Below are positions 1 through 15,063 of a stretch of DNA of 64,000 nucleotides, piece after piece. The position numbers and the translations under genes are program-made. The DNA is from the human T2T-CHM13v2.0 reference genome, Homo sapiens: NCBI RefSeq assembly GCF_009914755.1, contig NC_060928.1. One strand, given 5' to 3'. The notes below the pieces were generated by a model. The model was not told where the DNA came from. It was given only the letters and a program-made list of their open reading frames with translations, and ran no database searches. Each line of letters begins with the position of its first letter. The first letter of the stretch is position 1.

Positions 1-324
1 CATGCTCCTTTAGTTCGGAGGAGTTTGTTATTACCCACCTTCTGAAGCCTACTTCTGTCAATTTGTCAAACTCATTCTCCATCCAGTTTTGTTCCCTTGC
101 TAGCGAGGATTTGTGATCCTTTGGAGGAGAAGAGATGTTCTCATTTTTGGAATTTTCAGGCTTTTTGTGCTGGTTTCTCCCCATCTTCATGATTTTATCT
201 ACCTTTGGTCTTTGAAGTTGGTGACCTTCGGCTGGGGTCTCTGAGTCCTTTTTGTTGATGTTGATACTATTCCTTTCTGTTAGTTTTCCTTCTAACAGTT
301 AGGACTCTCTGCTGCAGGTCTGCT
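1..324 (-). mobile_element. L1PA (about L1PA7-8) 5' end, truncated within the 5'UTR; element continues left of the window
   Basis: Reverse complement matches the end of the L1 5'UTR (cagacctgcagc...ttagaaggaaaactaac) and the ORF1 start (ATG at 184); compare with 36120-36420. Confidence 0.8.
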
Positions 325-690
325 TAAAGTCCATCCATGTTGTGGCAAATGGATATCCTTTTTAAAGGCTGAATAATATTTCATTATATATTAACCCATT
401 ATATACATATGTATTTTTTAAATTTTTTTATTTTTTCAAAAAATCATTGCCAACGCCAGTGTCAGAGAGCCTTTTCCCTATGTTCTCTTCTAAGAGTGTT
501 ATGGTTTCACATCTTACATTTAGGTCTTTTATCCATTTTGAGTTTATTTTTGTATATAGTGTAACATAAGGGTTCAATTTCATTCTTTGTATGTGGACAT
601 CCAATTTTCCCAGCAGCATTTATTGAGACTATTCTTTCCCATTGTGTCATCTTGATGCCCTTGTCAAATATTTCGTGTACAGGATCTATT
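325..690 (-). mobile_element. Older L1 (L1M/L1PB) 3' fragments
   Basis: ORF 428..619 gives [23 protein letters not shown], a diverged ORF2 C-terminal segment; 325-420 resembles L1 3'UTR. Confidence 0.75.
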
Positions 691-719
691 ACATAATAAG
701 CACACATACTAATTATCTT

Positions 720-1082
720 TTAAATACAAAGTACCAGCTGTTTTGTATGAAGTCAGACATTAGACATGTGCAAAGATGTAAAATAATGCCACTCTTTTCA
801 CTACCTTATTTTGTTTTAGAAAATATAGTTATTTTTTGTAAAAATGTCACTTTTGTTAACATATAATGGGTTTATTATTATCTCAATATGAATTAATAAA
901 TATTTTAAAATACTCCTTGCTTTCTTTTCTAACACGTTGTTTTGTATCTATCCAGCTATCCATTCACCTATCCCACATGTATCAATAGATGTAATCCACA
1001 TAAACAAAAATTATTGAGGAACTCTTTAGGTTTTTAAGACTGTAAACAGGTTCTAAGACCAAGAAGTTTGAGAACTTATGTT
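720..1082 (+). mobile_element. hAT-Charlie (Charlie1-like) DNA transposon 3' fragment
   Basis: Ends ...cataaacaaaaa...tttttaagactgtaaacaggttctaagaccaagaagtttgagaac, resembling the recalled Charlie1 terminus. Confidence 0.5.
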
Positions 1083-2744
1083 CTAAATCAGTGTCACTCT
1101 TGGATTCCACAGGAGAGTGATAGAAAAGCAATCCATTAAATAAATATGTAACAAATACCAACTGACACTGTTAATTCAAGAATTTATTTATTAATTCCGT
1201 AAACATTTCTTGGGTATACAGTAAGTTCAAGTTCCTATGTTAGGTGCAAAGAATACTAAGAAGCATAGGTAAGAGTTCTCAGCCCCAACTACTCTGAGTC
1301 TGGTGGTAATTGCTGTAATACAATAATAGTACAAACAAAGAGATGAGAGCTATGATAGAGAAAATGTTGGGAGAGAACTGGAAAGCCCAGGATACTGAAC
1401 CATAGGAAATGGGGTTTTATGTTTTTTACTTATTTTGGAGTGGAGTGTAGAAGTAGAATAAGGCTCTAACATTGGTGGCAGTCATTAAGTAGCATCTATG
1501 TGCAAGGCACAACAGGAGATACAAAGATATCTACAACCTTCTAGGAAACTAGAAGTAACAGAAGGCATAAAACAATTATCAGAAAGAGGGGGAGATCAGA
1601 AGAGCAGAGTGACATGAAGACAAAGGGAAAAGAACCCAACAAAGAAGACGTGATCAGATGCTAGAGAGACATCAAAAGGAATAATACGTATCAGAAAGGA
1701 AATTTGTAAATAGAAATAATAATTATTAATTATTAATTCAATGAAAACTATTTCTGCCTCTTTCTATTGAAAATAGAAATACTCATTGTCTCTCTGTTAC
1801 TCACCCATACTCATCAGGCAATCCATTCATTCAAACTACAAGCACTAAGCCACCCACTGTGTACCAAGCCAATGGCCAATGAAGGACATGACATGTACAC
1901 TATCTAGCAAGGTTTTTGATCCACACACACTTAACTATATCACATCATTGTAAGTGCTAAAAAGGCATCCATAAAAAGAGCTGTGTGTCCTTAGAAGCCA
2001 GAGCAATTTATTCAGCCTGTTGAGGGAGTGAAAAGCAGGGAATCAGATGTGGTTCCACAGAGAAAGTGACATCTGTATTTAATCATGAAGAATCAGATGG
2101 GTTTTGACAGGAAAGATGTGCATTTTTGTGTGCAAATGAGTGTATTGGAAGATGAGTGGTTATATTAGTCAAGGTCTTGGCAGGAAAAAGATGGCACGCC
2201 AACTGCATCCTGGCAGGAAGAAGCCAGGCAAACAATATCCTAACTATACTTTCCTCTCACCCTCTAAATCTCCTGCCTATGCCTCTCATAGGCCAAACTC
2301 AAATGAGAAGCAAAGCCTGGAAAAGGCAGTCCACGAAGGTCAGTCTCCAGAGGCACAGATATAGAGGGGCGGAGAGTGATCTGGAGGAACAACCAAATGA
2401 AAGTATTTCAGACAGACAACAAAGTCCTGGATCTGCAAAAGTTCATGTAGGGAAATAGGTAATAGAGAGGGAAAGCAATGAGAATAGGTAGGTGAAGCAT
2501 AAGGCTAGAAGGCAGAACCATCTTTATAAATAGCATGCTTAGACATTTGGATACTATCCTGAGGGACCCACCAAAGGGTTTTAAGCGGGGGCATGGCATA
2601 ATCATATCTGAGCTTGTAGCTCTGTAGACACTACCTCCCCCAATCCCTAGTTGTTTGACTCCTCTCTCTAAAGAGGCCTGATAATAGAAGTCAGACAGAT
2701 CCAGCTTTGTATCCTTGCTTACTTGCTATGTAACCCATCAGTGA

Positions 2745-3318
2745 GGACCCAGTCAGAAGACATTAAACACACCAGTGACATGAACAGAGAAAACTTAACA
2801 TACAGAATTGTTAAGTGGGTAATTGAAAGGATAAAAAGAGAACTCCAAGGTACCAGGGAGGTAGCTCCCACCACCAGTGTGGAGGAAACAGAAGCAAGAG
2901 ATTGAAATTATTAAAACTTACAAACGTAGGGACTTAAATGCAAACCTCTGACAATGGAGCACTACTTGGCTGGGGTGGTACCTCTGAGGAGAGGGTGCCC
3001 TGAAGCTAGTTTTCCAGGTGTTAGAAGAACTGCACACTGGATTCAGCTGCTACCACAGGAAAAACTTGCCACTGCTGTGGTGAAGGAGTATACTGTTGGC
3101 AAGATACTCACAAGCAGAAGGAAAGTCCACAGAAAGCAGAAACGAAGGAGAAGGCTGCTTCTTACCCTCTAGCCTTGAGGTTTCCCTCTAGTTCCCCTTA
3201 TTAGCATAGCCTGACAGGGATCCAGCTGGGCAAGCTGAAGTGTGGTCTGAAAGTCCCAGCCCCAGCATCACGAAGTGGGAGTTTAGATCTGAGAGACAAG
3301 AACTTAACAATTGGCACA
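2745..3318. mobile_element. Ancient LTR-like element interrupting a MIR
   Basis: MIR-like sequence at 2670-2744 resumes at 3319-3490 (tctcagttttccttgcctgtgaaatggg). The insert ends ...ttggcaca. Family not determined. Confidence 0.4.
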
Positions 3319-4080
3319 GTAATCCTGGAAAAGAAACCTCAGCTTTGTGGTCTCAGTTTTCCTTGCCTGTGAAATGGGACTTTTAAAAAATTACCAAATT
3401 TATACTATTGGGAGCATTAAATGAAACAAACTATGCAAAACTTCTTTTATAGTACCTGAAACAAAGTAGCTATTCAATAAAAGTTAATTCCCTTCCCCAT
3501 TCCCCAAATTGTGGTATCAACTAATATATAAAAACAAAGATGTGTGTGAGTCAATAATCAGTATATGTCTCTTATGAGGCAGCCAGATGTTCTCATCCTT
3601 TATAAATGACCATATATCACATGGTATGTTAGTCTTACTAGGTTTTAACTTTTCCTTTTTGCAAAGTTGGGCAGTCTCCCCATCTCCCCATCCATTTCTC
3701 ACTCTTTCTCCTCCCATCCCTCTCTCTCTCTCTTTCTCTCTCTCTTATACACACATAACAAAGAGATTTGCATGCACACATGCTCCTCTTAATCTCAGAG
3801 AAAATTTTTCCCGTGAAGGCAAAAATATAAATGTGATCAAAAACACAGCTATTACTCAGCCAGAACTGGATGAATTCACATATCAAAAACAGGAAGTAGA
3901 ACACTCTCAATGCTGTTTTTAAAAAACACGTATCAAACAAAATTTTAAAGTATTTTGATGTATTGCTGTTTTTCAAAGCCAATACTGCTAAATGTTGAAA
4001 TTCAGAAATGAAAGTAAGTGTGGCATTGGTGGAAAACAAAAATCACAAATCTTATCTGGGGCTTTATTAAGAGAAGCACA

Positions 4081-4448
<368 letters not shown>

Positions 4449-6875
4449 TCACATTTTAGGAGGAATGTTAACAAACTAGAGCTCTGCCAGTGACTTAAAA
4501 CTAGAAGTAAAAAGTAGGAAAGGCTTGTCTTTTCCCAAATGGTTGAAAGAACTCATCGTATTTAATTAGGAAAAGAGAGAATGGTGGTGAGTTTATAGGG
4601 CTGACACTAAGATGTCCCAGAACTAGGAGAGCAAATTAAGAAGTATCACCTTGTAGTGGATCAGATTATCATCTAGAAATGTAACTCCAGAGATTTTTTC
4701 CATAAAAGTGTGACCACAGAGGATTAGGAATCCCAAATACAGTCAAGGGGATGTTGGCGGTGCAGGGAGGAGGAGTCAGGAGGAATGAACAGAGTCAGGA
4801 AAGAGGCAATGCAATGGAATTATAACCAGGCTGAACATGGAAAAACTATTTAGAATTCTGCTTAAAAAAAGACAGGGTTATCAGAAGGGAGATATTTAGC
4901 ATAAAGCCTAGAAAAAGATGAGTGAAGTGGAAAGAATGAATTAGTACATTTCCGAGAAAGAAAGGAGAAATAATCTAACTTGATCTGTTTGCTTTGCATT
5001 CACTCTCATCAAATAACCTTATAATTTAGTTTCCCGTGCAGATGTTCCCATAGGCAGAGACTGTAACTATAGCTTACTCATTCCAGTTTGCTTGATAGTC
5101 ATAACTTCCCTCTGCTCAGAGCTTTTATTCTCCTTCAAAAGTCCAGAAAATAGCTATTTCCCCTATTTTATGGACAAAGAAATTGAAGTTTGGCTAATAA
5201 GTGGCAGAACTGTGATTCACCCTCAGATATAATTGACTTTATACTCCATCACAATCAGAAGAGGCTAAAGTCACAGAAAACACAGAGAGACATATAAGAA
5301 AGTGGCAAAGTCTAGTAGTGAATGCTGCAAAGAGGTCGAGAAGGATGGTGACTGGCAAAAATGTCCTTATATTTAGTGGTCTGGGAGGCTTTCCAGTAAA
5401 AAAGTGTCATGAGCCAGACTGCACTACATTAGTAAGAAAATAATAAAGAAACAGAGGCATCAAGCATAGAACACTCTTTCAAGAACTCTGGCTACAAAGA
5501 AAAGACAGTATCATAAAGATATCTGTTTTACTTTGGCTCTAATATAATAGAATAGTTCTGTCACCCATTAAACACTGGGGAATATGTCCACTTTGTAGAG
5601 AACTATAGGACAGATATGTGAAGTTCCTCAACCACAATCATATTCCAGTGAAAGATTCTCTGTAAAATGTATCAGTGTTTGAGATGGGCATCATCTACTC
5701 ATTTCTTCTGTGAGTGGCCATTTTAGACTTAAACAAATGGATTTCTAATGGTCTATTTGTTTTGTTACTTTCAGAATACATTTTTCATTATGAAAGCCAG
5801 TGGGAAAAATACAACTGCATTTCAGTGCTTTCAAAGTCACTTTTCTGGAACATATCTATTTAGTTAACTGACAATTTAATAACAAGCTCTCAGAAGGATG
5901 ACATGTTTATATGTGCAATAATAAAATGAATTTTTCTCTGTCTTTTAGCAATTAAACATTTTTCCTTTAAGTAGATGATGTTTATTTCTCTTGGTGCTCA
6001 TAACGTTTTAACATGAATTTACCTTGTACTGAGAAATTTTATATTTAAGATATGAGGTTTCAATCATGGGATCCCTCCCCATAAATTTAAATACAAGGGA
6101 ATCGTGAGTCTATAATTAAAATCTGTTTAACATCTCAAAAATACTAGAAGCCTTTATCACAGTCAGAAAAATTTATACTTCAGTAGAAACTATAGCAAGG
6201 ATGGGAGAATTGTGCATAGTTTAAAATATATGTTATAGTTTTAAATGCTATATGATAAGCTATATGATAGACAGTTTTCAAAAATCAATGTTTTATTATG
6301 TTTACAAGTTCCAGTTCTCTTCCTTACTGTTCATAGTTATGAATCTGTTTATATATGAAAATGAGACCCAAGAAATTCCGGCTAGTGATATGAAGCAAAA
6401 ATGGGCAGCCATACTGTGTTATCTGTTACTAAAGAGTAGTTGGCACATGGTTGGAGTATGCTTTGAATCAATCTTTTTGGTCCTTCTTACAACAGAAGTT
6501 TGCTAACAATCCTCTGTTTTTTTCCTTCTTTCTTCCTCCCACTCTCACCCCAGCCCCTATCTAGAGTTGTGGAATAAAGCAAACAATTCTATCTTAAAAA
6601 AAATTTTTTTTTTTGATTGACAGAAAACTCAAACATTTAAATGTGAATTGCTTATGGGATTACCTGTCCTTTTTAAAAATTTGTGGCTCTGCTTATTTTT
6701 CAAAGATACGGCCCTTTAGAAAAGTAGTTTGTTGCTCTTTTAAGAGTCCTGAATCGAGCAATAGAAACTGATTTATGCTCTGTGATAGTATCATAATGTT
6801 GTATCACTGAAACACAATATAAATTAACCTTAGCATGAAGACCCTTTGTGCATTCCTACTTTCCTTGATTCACAA

Positions 6876-7165
6876 TTTTTTTTTTTTAAACGGTGTCTCA
6901 CTCTGTTGCCAGGCTGGAGTGCAGTGGCGCAATCTCAGCTCACTGGAACCTCTGCCTTCTGGGTTCAAGCTATTCTCCTGCCTCAGCCTCCTGAGTAGGT
7001 GGGACTACAGGTGCGCGCCACCACACCCAGCTAATTTTTGTATTTTTAGTAGAGACAGGGTTTCACCATATTGGCCAGGAGGGTCTCAGTCTCTTGATCT
7101 CGTGATCCGCCTGCCTCGGCCTCCCAAAGTGCTAGGATTATAGTCGAGAGCCACTGCGTCCGGCC
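6876..7165 (-). mobile_element. Alu (AluSc-like)
   Basis: Reverse Alu; TSD GATTCACAAT. Confidence 0.95.
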
Positions 7166-7554
7166 GATTCACAATATTAATTAGTTCTTGTTTCAACATA
7201 CTTAAGAATAAGACACTCAATGAGGTAAATACACTTGTTACTAATGTGTACCTAGGGCTATGGAAAGGAAAGGAGAGAAGGGGATGGGAGATGGAGGGAC
7301 AGAAGGAAGGAAGAAAGGAGGAAGAAAGGAAAGACAATTAATAGTCAAGTGCCAGGATATCTCAGTGCAGCAAATTTGAGACCCACTCTAAGGGTGAGGG
7401 ACCAGGCTAGGGCATGTCTGTCTGCTAAATTGTTTTTAGTATGACAGTTCATTTATTAATTCAAAACTAGTAAAAGAGCTCTCACCCTTCAAAACCACTT
7501 CCGGCATTGGCTGTACAAATTAGGATGATTTTATAAATAAAGTGCATATTACGT

Positions 7555-7770
7555 GGCATCAAAATTCTTGGATTTGAATTCCAGTCCTACCACTTATCAG
7601 ATATATGGCCTTGGGCAACTTATTTTTCTGTTTCAGTTTCCCTACCTGCAAAATGGGATACTAATAGTACCTGTTTCATAGAATTACTCTAAGAATGAAA
7701 TAAGATAACACATATAAACAGTCCAAAGACCTAGCATACTGTAAGTTCTCAATAATGGTTAGTTATTTCA
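7555..7770 (+). mobile_element. MIR
   Basis: MIR core: gccttgggcaact...ctgtttcagtttccctacctgcaaaatgggatactaatagtacct. Confidence 0.7.
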
Positions 7771-8867
7771 CTTTTCTTATCATCATTATGTTCCTTGCAG
7801 CCCTCAAATATAGTTACCTAATACACTAAAAGTCATATTCTTTTCATGTTATAACCCTGTAACATTTTTCTTCCTAGATTCATCCATATTCTGCTACTTT
7901 CAAATTTTGTTCTATTTCAACTTAGTTTGATTTTTGCCCCCATGTGTAATCAAGAACTTGGCCTATGAATCTCAGCAAAGAAAAATTTTCCCATCCAATA
8001 AAATGTACTAATATTTACTGAATACCTAAGAACAGATTATAAGAGAGAAACCTTATTTTTAAAAGAGAAAAATAAAATTTTGCAAACTTCCAGAAACAAA
8101 TTCTACCTATTAACCAGATTCAATATCCATATTTAAATATTTCTGTATCAATAAAATTATTTAATATTTTTTAAAACAAAAAAATTAAAAGCCAAATTTT
8201 TTTTCTAAAATCAACGCATTACTTCTGTGGTTCTCTGACTTTTTGATCAAAAGAAAAAAAGCCATTTAAAACTTAAATTCCATTGCAATCATATTCATCT
8301 AATACCAAAGACAAAGATGGATGTGAAAAAAAACAAGAAATAGAAAAATTAGGTATGTAATTCCTGGTGAAGAAGAAATAACGCTGATGTGACTTGACAA
8401 TTAGGACTCTAAGGGTGAGGGACTAGGCCAGACCATGTCTGACTGCTCAATTCTTTTCTCAGTACCATTTCAGTCACTAATTCGAAAGTAATAAGAGAAC
8501 TTTTACCCACCATAAGTGGGGTAATAGGGGAAGAATGGGGGAAAAAAGGGAGTAGGGTTGGAATAGAATTAAGGAGAGGTAGTCCAGACCAATTTTGACA
8601 GTTCTAAAATAGATCAATAAGAAACTAAAATAATTATTCTTTGTAAGCAAAAACTCTCCTAGAGAGTTCCCAAAGCTGAGTCTAAGAAAAGTGGTCATTG
8701 CTGAGCCCAAGGGCAGCGTGCACATATTCCTTCCCTATTCTTTCAACAGTATACAAAAGTCGTTACTACTTTGGCCTAGATTCCATGTTGGCTAGCTTGG
8801 CCCACAATTCAGAACAGGTTTAAATAAGCTTCCTCAGAGGCTGCCTGTGTCCTAGGTTTAGGCTTAC

Positions 8868-8995
8868 CCATACTCATCTTGATTGGCAGGTTTTCTCTGC
8901 TTGCCGCTTCCACTAGATGTCTCCGAACTTCCATCACTGCCTCTTTGTGCTTAGTGTTCAGTAAAGCTTCCCATAGGGCTTTGGCTGTGGTGTCA
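8868..8995 (-). CDS. SCFD2: SCFD2 exon 3 (128 nt)
   Basis: Acceptor ttttcctgcAG|T (AG at 8997-8996), donor ATGG|GTAAGC. Continues the frame as (S)DTTAKALWEALLNTKHKEAVMEVRRHLVEAASRENLPIKMSM(G); ends in phase 1. The gene continues beyond the left edge of the window. Confidence 0.94.
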
Positions 8996-11127
8996 CTGCA
9001 GGAAAATCACAAAAAGAGCTTTAGAATAAATTTCTACTGGATACTGGAAAGGGTTGAAAGCAAAATACTTTTTAAAATATATTTTTGAGCATTAATGTAG
9101 TCTTTCCTACTGATAGACTCTAAGTATTAGGATTAAATAAAGAATGTCTAATTCACATAATTGGCAGAAAATATTGAGAAATTAAGGAAACAATAAAATC
9201 AAGTGAAAAAAAGGGAAGAAAAGCTGTACTGTGTGATGAGAAGTGTGGGAAAACTATGTGATAAATTTTTTCAAAGATTTTGCACTTAAATCTTTCAGAA
9301 TTCAACTCAACATCACTAGAGTAATATAAATGTTATATAAGCCAAAATTAAATGCAAGTCTCAAAATGATTTATCAGTGATTATAAGCACTATATCAATT
9401 CGAGATTAAATACTTGTCCAAGAAACAAAGCAATCAGCAATGAGCATTTCATTCAAAAATTACTCAACAGACTTCCTAATTAGTAGGCTTCCTACTAAAT
9501 GAAAATCAGGAATTATGCTAAGTAGCCATGGCCTGAAGTATCCCACTCTGGGCCTTAGGTTGGAAGGATGGTACTTACTAAAACCTTTACAATTAACCGT
9601 TGATAACAGCACGAAGCACTGCATTATATGCAAGGTCTCATCTGGGCTCACTTCTCCAATAGCCCTCTGTCTCACCCAACATGCTATGTCCAAATTATAA
9701 ATGAGGGCAGTGTTCTTTCCGGAAGATCTCTGCCATGTAGCCAAGTATACACATTTGTAGTAACGTTTTAAAAACTGAATACAAAGAAACAAGGATGACT
9801 TCTGTCCCTTTCTAAAGACTTTTTCCTCCAATTAAAGCCCTACTCACTCTCCTACTATCCACTTAGTAATAGTTCAAAAATAAATACATTTTTAATTTAG
9901 TTTTAAAGTTACATCTATTAAGATTTTAATTTAGTTTTAAAGTTATACCTAATAAGACATATCTTCCAAATTTGAATTGGATATTGAATAATAGAATGAT
10001 GTATTTTTACACTGAGTTTAATGCCTGACACATTATAATCTTTCATTGAATAGTTTTTATTATCATGTATCTTTCCATAATGAACTAATATTACTGCTCA
10101 ACATACTCCACTTGTTTTAATCTGATCAAATCTGTCATCATTATAACTCTGCATCTAATATTCTTAAGTTTAATTTAAGTAAGCAGGTAAACTACATGCC
10201 AAGCCCTGTATTTGGTTGGGATACAGATTTTTAAAAAGCTTTGAATGGCATAGTTTAGAAGACAAGGCAGATACAAAAGCAAATAAATTACTAAAAAAGT
10301 GTGGTAATAAAAGCCATGGTCAATGCTTGCATAGGTGTTTATGCAAGCATAATCCTAGCTGGGAGGATAGGGACTGAAGGAATGATTTCTACTGGAAATG
10401 ATGAGCAAGTACAAAGATACATAAGCTCTAAAAGCAGCCTGGGAAGAAGTTAAAACTCAATCTGGGAAGGAAAATGGCAAAAAAAAAAAAAAAAAGCCTT
10501 CAAGAAAGATATAAAATCTTGGTTACAAAACAAGAGAAAGAAGGACATTTCAGAATGCAAAAAATCCTAGGAACATGACCCTGAGGAGCACTGTTCTGTT
10601 GCATGCCAAGGTGCACGGGGAGGGGCAGTGGAAGGAGAGCATAAAAGAAGGTGCAGCCACACTCTGGGGGTTCTGCATTCCTTGCCAAGTCATGTCAACT
10701 TTGATATGTAGGTGACAGGAAGCCAAGGAGCATGTGATTGATTTCACACTTTGAGAAGAACAGCATAGCTCAGCAGTTATGAATACAGTCTTTATCATAA
10801 TTCAAAAGGAGGTCTGTTTGCTATGAGGCTTTCAGAAAGTTACTTAATTTCTCCAAAGCTCTGCAGGCAATTGAAGAACCATGGAAGAATTCTGAGCATG
10901 GGAGTTACAATCCCAGTTTCCCAAACTTATGCTTCATAATTGTTCTCTAGTCTCAACAATATCTCTCCACAAAACACAGGGATTTCTCACATAAGTCTCA
11001 ACGCAACCCAGAACTTTCAGAGTAGAATGTCACTACCCTCCTCTTTTCCATGAGAATATGTATCTGGCTAATTCATCTCTAAAATCACAGTAAGTTAGGT
11101 AACGTTGTGGTTGCCCCATCAGATTGG

Positions 11128-11745
11128 TGTAGTGGTTTATGGACTCCGCAGTCAGATAAATCTGGGTTCGAACTCCAACCATGCTCCTCCTCACCCACTC
11201 CAAATACATGGCCTCCTAGACCATTCTTCTCCCGTATTCCAAGCAGAGGAACACTCTTTCTACAAATCTCTCTCTCCCTCCAGGTATCTGCTAAAACATC
11301 ACCTTATCAGAGAGGTCTCCCCTTACTGCCCTGCTTAAAAAAGTGACATTGCCTATCACAGCATCTTATGCTAGCACTCTGTTGTCTACTTACTGGGCTT
11401 TACTGTTCTACATAATTCTAATTACCAGCTGACTTATTATGTTTCCATGTTTATTTGTTGTCTGTCTCTCTCATAAAAGGTGGGGTCCTTCTATGAAGGC
11501 AGGGACTTTGTTTTACTCATTGCTAATTCTTCACTACCTAGAACAGTGCAGATCTCTGGTGGGTACACTCAGTAAATACTGAATAAATGATACTTGTTAA
11601 TTGTGTAACTGTGCACATAATTAATGCTCTCTTTTTGGTATCTGTGGAGTTGGAAGTTATAATAGTGAATTCACAGGATTGTTGTAGGATTAAATAATAT
11701 AATTCATTTAAAGCACTTTCCTGATTCACAATAAATGTAAGTTGT
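11128..11745 (+). mobile_element. MIR split by an L2 3' fragment (L2 about 11190-11592)
   Basis: MIR 5' part 11128-11185; L2 ends ...ctcagtaaatactgaataaatga; MIR resumes at about 11592. Confidence 0.6.
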
Positions 11746-12059
11746 GTGGTGGTGGTTGTAGTTGTTACTAGTATTACTGTTGTTATAAGTGGTATTGTCT
11801 TATATTCATGGTCTTTAATTCACTATGTTCAGGAGTTTGTGATATATTGGATGAATTCACTTACTTAATTACACTGAGTATGCTTATTCATACAATCTTG
11901 ATTAGTGCAGATGTACTAAAGTCACTTGAAGCTTGTACTATCTGGCTCTTGTCTATTAAAATATTTTAGAAGAAATACAAAGTTTCCATGATCTCTAACA
12001 GTGATACATACTCAGGTCATGTTTTCTTAAAAATTGTTTTGCTGATATAAACAATTCTG

Positions 12060-12385
<326 letters not shown>

Positions 12386-12899
12386 CTAATGCCTGCTTCC
12401 TGTCCTAAACAGTTTTCTAAACACGTCATACTAACTTCACATTACACATGGTCATTTTAAGTTTATCAAGGGAACATTTACAAGTTAATTAAGGTTCTCT
12501 GAATAATTGGCACTGAAGAAGGTCAAAGTCATACTTACTGGTATTTTTTTTGTCTCCTGCACCCACTTCTTCACCAAGTCACTCTATTACTGCAATGTGG
12601 TAATTCACACACGTACACCTATATCAGCATCTGAGTTGAGCATGGTAGTTAAGTCACTGCCTTTCTCTAATATGCTCATAAAAGTTGATCCAATAGGCAG
12701 TATTTCATACAATTGAATTTTCACATGAAATCAACTCCTGATATTAAACTTTATGTCAAGAAAAGTTAATTGAAATCCATACTATAATTGCAATAGCGGA
12801 TTATACGTAAATCTTTATCATCTCCAACTGTGCAAAACTTTCTGTTTTCCTACTGGGGAAATAAGCAATACAGAGAGGACTATATGCAACGGCCAGTGT

Positions 12900-13140
12900 G
12901 GTAGATTATTACTAGGCAAGACTGCAGAGTGGCAGGGGCATAGGTTCTGGACCAAACAACACAAGGTGCCATTTTGCCACCTACTAGCTCTATGTCCCTA
13001 GGAGGGCTTCTTCTCTCTGTACATGTTTTCTCCTCTCCTAAATGGGGATGGTAATAGTACATATTCAGTAAGCTGTTATAAGAATCAAATGGGCTAATAC
13101 ATCTAAAGCACCTAGAACAAATCCTGACACACAAGTGCTA
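12900..13140 (+). mobile_element. MIR
   Basis: ttttctcctctccctaaatggggatggtaatagtac...tctaaagcacctagaaca. Confidence 0.6.
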
Positions 13141-14763
13141 CAGCAGTAGTAGTAGCAGCAGCAGTAGTAATAAAAGAAAAATCAAAGGGCAGAATTTTCT
13201 TGTAAGATATAGAAGGAAGCCTTTTGTAGAACTGCAGTGGTCTTCCCCCACTACTTGTGTACATATATGTACAATCACTGTCAGCAACTTCATTTTCTAA
13301 TATGAAAAGGTCAACAATAGATAATGTAGAATTCATACACACTGAAAACTCCAATGCAAGCAATCTCCTTATATATGACAAGTTGATGTAAATAATTTTT
13401 ATTTTTCAGGAATAAAATTGAGAACTTTACTATAGCTTACTTCAAAACAGACAGCTATAGAAAGTTAGTGTTTTTCTTACAAAGACTTTTAAGCAATGAC
13501 TTTTGTTTCAGCTTATCTCTTCAATTTAATTATTGTAAAATTCTGCAGGACCTTTTAAAACTACAGTTATTACTTTTACAAGGAGTTCAGATTCTATATT
13601 CTATTTCCAGACTGACTTATTAAATGGTTGTACAACTCTTGGGTCAGAAGCAAACATTAGAGGTTTGCTAATATAAAGATATTAATCATCTTTATATCTT
13701 CAGCAGGACTCTACCTAACCCAATACAGACAGATGAAAAATCTATTTTTAGTTTTTAAAAGCACCTAAAGAAAAATTTATAATATTCCTGAGAAAAACAC
13801 TACAGCTTCAAACAAATCAAAACTCTGATTGGACTCTATTTAAACCTAAACCCTTTGTGCTCTACTATAAATCTCATTCATCTAGCTTAATCTTTTATCT
13901 TAAGTTCAGGAACAGCTGGTCAACATCTTTTTGATAATCAGGCCCACCCTAAAAGAGTTGTTTTTTTTTTTCCCCTGATGGCCAAATTAAGGAAAATTTT
14001 TGAAAGGTGAATAAAATACAATGTTAAATATAGTTTCAAATACCATCACTCCATTCTATTTCAAAAGCATTTCAGAATTTACAAAACTTCTTATATCTCA
14101 TTTGATCCTCATCTCCTGAGCTAAACTATTATCTGAAGCTCCTTAAATCCAATTTAAAGAGCCTCAGAGAGGCAACTGACTGATTTAAGTACCCTCAATC
14201 TTTAAAAGGCAAAATCACAACTGAGGCAAATGGCTTCTAAACCCAGTAATCTTAATACTATACCATGCCATGCTTATATTATGCAAATCATCAAAGAGAA
14301 TCAATTATGCAGAACGTCAATTGTTTTTCACTTTTCATGTTGGTTTTCTTTTCAAATCCATAATATCCTTTAAGTTCACACATGGGTCCCACAAAGGACA
14401 GGATGGAATGGAGTGAAGAGTAAAGTAGATCCACATTAATTCCGGAAGCAGGTAAAGCTCTAAGAACTCTGCACACTTTTGTTTTAAGCAATATCATACT
14501 ATTCCCCTTGTGGGTCAAAATTAGCCATTGACAGTCACTTGGCTACACAATGCTAATTTTCCACTTTTATTCAGCCTTTTTCCTTAAATGTTTCCCTCCA
14601 AGAAGACTTTGATGAATTTTTAATCATTCTACATATATATCATTCATATAACTGAAAAAGCAAAAACCTAGTCTAAATTGCCTTACAGGTATTATTTCCA
14701 ATCTAGCTCTAACTCTATGTACAACATGTCCTTGGGAAAGAAAGAAGGGGAAATAGCCTCTAC

Positions 14764-15063
<300 letters not shown>

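Noticed and set aside
12531-12660. Minus-strand donor-like CA|GTAAGT near 12538
   Set aside because: No convincing upstream polypyrimidine acceptor, and exons 2 and 3 already join in frame.
13141-13173. (CAG/TAG)n-like tract
   Set aside because: Short, interrupted and intronic; consistent with a decayed MIR tail.
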